Origin: Trichomonas gallinae | Lineage: Eukaryota | Assembly: GCA_008369845.1 (NCBI GenBank) | Contig: MRSU01010726.1 | Location: forward strand, 1 to 64,000 | Length of the DNA: 64,000 nt | Direction of reading: 5' to 3' | Notes under the pieces: model-generated | Seen by the model: only the letters and a program-made list of their open reading frames with translations | Told to the model about the DNA's origin: nothing | Databases searched by the model: none | Program-made: the position numbers and the translations under genes | Shown here: positions 61,841-64,000 of the stretch, in pieces | Layout of the letters: every line of letters begins with the position of its first letter | How positions within the stretch are numbered: the stretch's first letter is position 1

Positions 61841-63441
61841 TATTCTAAAATGAAATTTTTCTGATTACACATAATTCTTAGCTTAAAAAATTCAATAAGT
61901 TTGAAATTAAACCGCAATAATTTGAAAAATATGATCTGCAAAGACAACACAGAGTTTTCGTTCGCTGATAATGGAAAGATGTTCTCAATTCTCAGAAAAT
62001 TCATTTTAATAATGAAAATTTAACTTCGAAATATGACTCATTTAGTGCATATAAGCAAGATAGCAGCAAAAAGGGATTTAATTGAATTTTCTCAAAGATT
62101 TATTTTTTGAAAGATATCGAGTTATTTGATAACAATTGAAAATTTTACTAGAAAATCACATCTACTGTACATATCTAAGCATCTTTTCATCGATTTCTTT
62201 GAAAATATTTGAGAGAAATTTTTTTTATGTTGAACATTCTAAATTTAGGGGATATGCACTCTTCATACTCTAAAATGTCTAAATTCCGCAAAGGAAATGC
62301 TTTTTGGTGAGTATTTGTTGAATGTGAAAGTTTTGTTTTTTAAAACTCCCAATTTTATTTTAGAATTCATATCTATACATTAAATTGTTGCGTTATCATA
62401 TAATTTTAGGTATTAAAATTTATTATTTGAGACAAAATAATGAACATTAATTTTATAAATTGAAATGTATATTATACTTTGATCATAGAATGATATTAGA
62501 AATGCAGTATAAATTGAGATTATTTTTTCTGAGAATATAATTATGTTTTTGAGAGAGATAACAGAAAACTATGAAATCAAAAATTGGCCAAACACATTAT
62601 TCTAGAAATCATCCTTTAGGTGTCTTTATTATTTTTAAAAGTTGAATTTCTTTAAAAAGTAAAATTTCAACATAGGGTTAAATTTGTTTATATCTGAAAT
62701 TTTTAATGCATCTTGTGTTGATTGTTATGTGTATTGGCGGCTATTTAAACTAAAATTTTTGATATTTCTATATGCATTATTGAAAATCAATTTTATGTTT
62801 TAAAACTTCTCAAAAGTGAGAAAGGATTAGTAGGATATTCATTTCCCTTCATATATGTATATGATTCATTTCTGTACGACCATTTGATTCTAATCAAAAC
62901 TGGGTAATAATACTCAAAATTGAATTGAGATTAATTAATAGACTTTATTCTCATAATTTGATTTATCTTACCCTATCTAATTCGGAAAATCTATAATTAA
63001 GCGTTTCAATAAACGAATAATTGTAAGAATCTATTCAAAAGCACAAAATAATCAATTATAATGTATAATTCCTTTTAGATTTCATACATTAATCATGATA
63101 TGCGATGATTATGGCGGGAGAATCAAGGTTTACTATAAAAAATAGCGAATTTACCTGTAAACGATTTATTCTGATGGAATTAATATTACCATTCGAATAT
63201 GAACAAATTGTTTTATCGCATATTGTAATTAAACATGATTATCTACAAGATATCAAAATGCGTAATCAAAATTTTTCATAACCACGCTTATTGAATGTCA
63301 ATAAATATAATTATACAAGTGTAGAATGATCATATGTACAATCATTTCTTTGGATTTGATGGATTTTACGAAATTGATTAATAAAGTAAGGAATACGTTC
63401 CCGTGATGATGCAAAGTTGAAAAATTAGGTTAAAGATGATA

Positions 63442-63630
63442 TTATGGATCGCTTTCATTTATTATTTTCTGATATCTTTGCCTAGAAATTAATCTCTTGA
63501 TTTTATTGGCCAATGATTGATAGTAAAACGTATAAAAAGTATAAAGCGTAACATAAGCAAGACAAATGAAAACTACATATTCAATGTACTGGGATATAAG
63601 TGGAATAGATTCATCAATCTCGGATTCCAT
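63442..63630 (-). CDS. Possible small single-pass membrane protein (62 aa)
   Basis: ATG at 63630, one hydrophobic segment followed by basic residues, and a TTACATGTCA motif just upstream. Confidence 0.4.
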   Translation of the reverse strand: MESEIDESIPLISQYIEYVVFICLAYVTLYTFYTFYYQSLANKIKRLISRQRYQKIINESDP

Positions 63631-63906
63631 TATTTTAAACAATTTTACATGTCAAAATTATTATTTATTTGTCATAAATAAGAAATAAACTAATTCGCTT
63701 GAGAATATACCAAAAATCTCTTGTATTCATCGTGTTTATGATGATTACGTTTAAAACAATGAATAATAACGAAAAATAATTGTATACGTTTTCTTTTTGG
63801 AAAATTAAGTTTTTATTCGCAGCATGATATGCATAAGAATATCACCGTATAGTATAGTAGATATTTATTACAAAATGCTTGTTTTGTCGAAATGTAAAAT
63901 AACAGT

Positions 63907-63999
63907 TTAGGCTGATTGCATGAGATCAATCTGGTTTCTAAGCTGGATTACTCTTGCATGCAAATCCTGGTTCTTGCGGATAAGGGCATCGACGTTTTC
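63907..63999 (-). CDS. 3' end of a coiled-coil protein gene running in from beyond the window
   Basis: Reads ENVDALIRKNQDLHARVIQLRNQIDLMQSA*, with coding-like GC content. Confidence 0.65.
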   Translation of the reverse strand, partial: ENVDALIRKNQDLHARVIQLRNQIDLMQSA

Positions 64000-64000
64000 A

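Noticed and set aside
1..64000. Intact transposon (Maverick/Polinton, mariner, Mutator, Kolobok) or viral genes
   Set aside because: No transposase, integrase, reverse transcriptase, polymerase B or packaging ATPase motifs were seen in any ORF.

Overview
Eukaryotic, AT-rich, gene-dense and almost intron-free DNA that reads as a trichomonad parabasalid (Trichomonas vaginalis or a close relative). This is inferred from TCAYT initiator elements just upstream of ATGs, an M3/M5 promoter on the ribosomal protein gene, a GTATGT...ACTAACACACAG intron, and Myb and DUF3447-ankyrin families. About 30 genes are present: a Furry/MOR2-PAG1-like giant protein, an FHA protein, two HEAT/importin-like proteins, a Rab, an intron-containing CAMK kinase, an LRR protein, an SH3 protein, two tetraspanin-like proteins, epsilon-tubulin, RPL34, two Mybs, a UBE2Q-like E2, a bacterial-type alpha/beta hydrolase, a SNARE-like protein, a PP1-like phosphatase, a Hobbit/FMP27-like protein, a degenerate M48 peptidase, and PQ-loop, START, bromodomain and SEC11 proteins. 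The most unusual features are: (1) a DUF3447-ankyrin locus in which each ankyrin repeat is separated from the next by an array of 37-bp tandem repeats at the same protein position, without GT-AG ends; (2) a colinear NAA40-like frame broken only by four TGA codons; (3) a structured ~165-nt element next to a 26-nt T tract; (4) a stem-loop in the only intron; (5) a phased array of a TTACRTGWCA motif; (6) several long intergenic hairpins. All calls were made by eye with no database searches. Some start codons were moved to the first plausible ATG.
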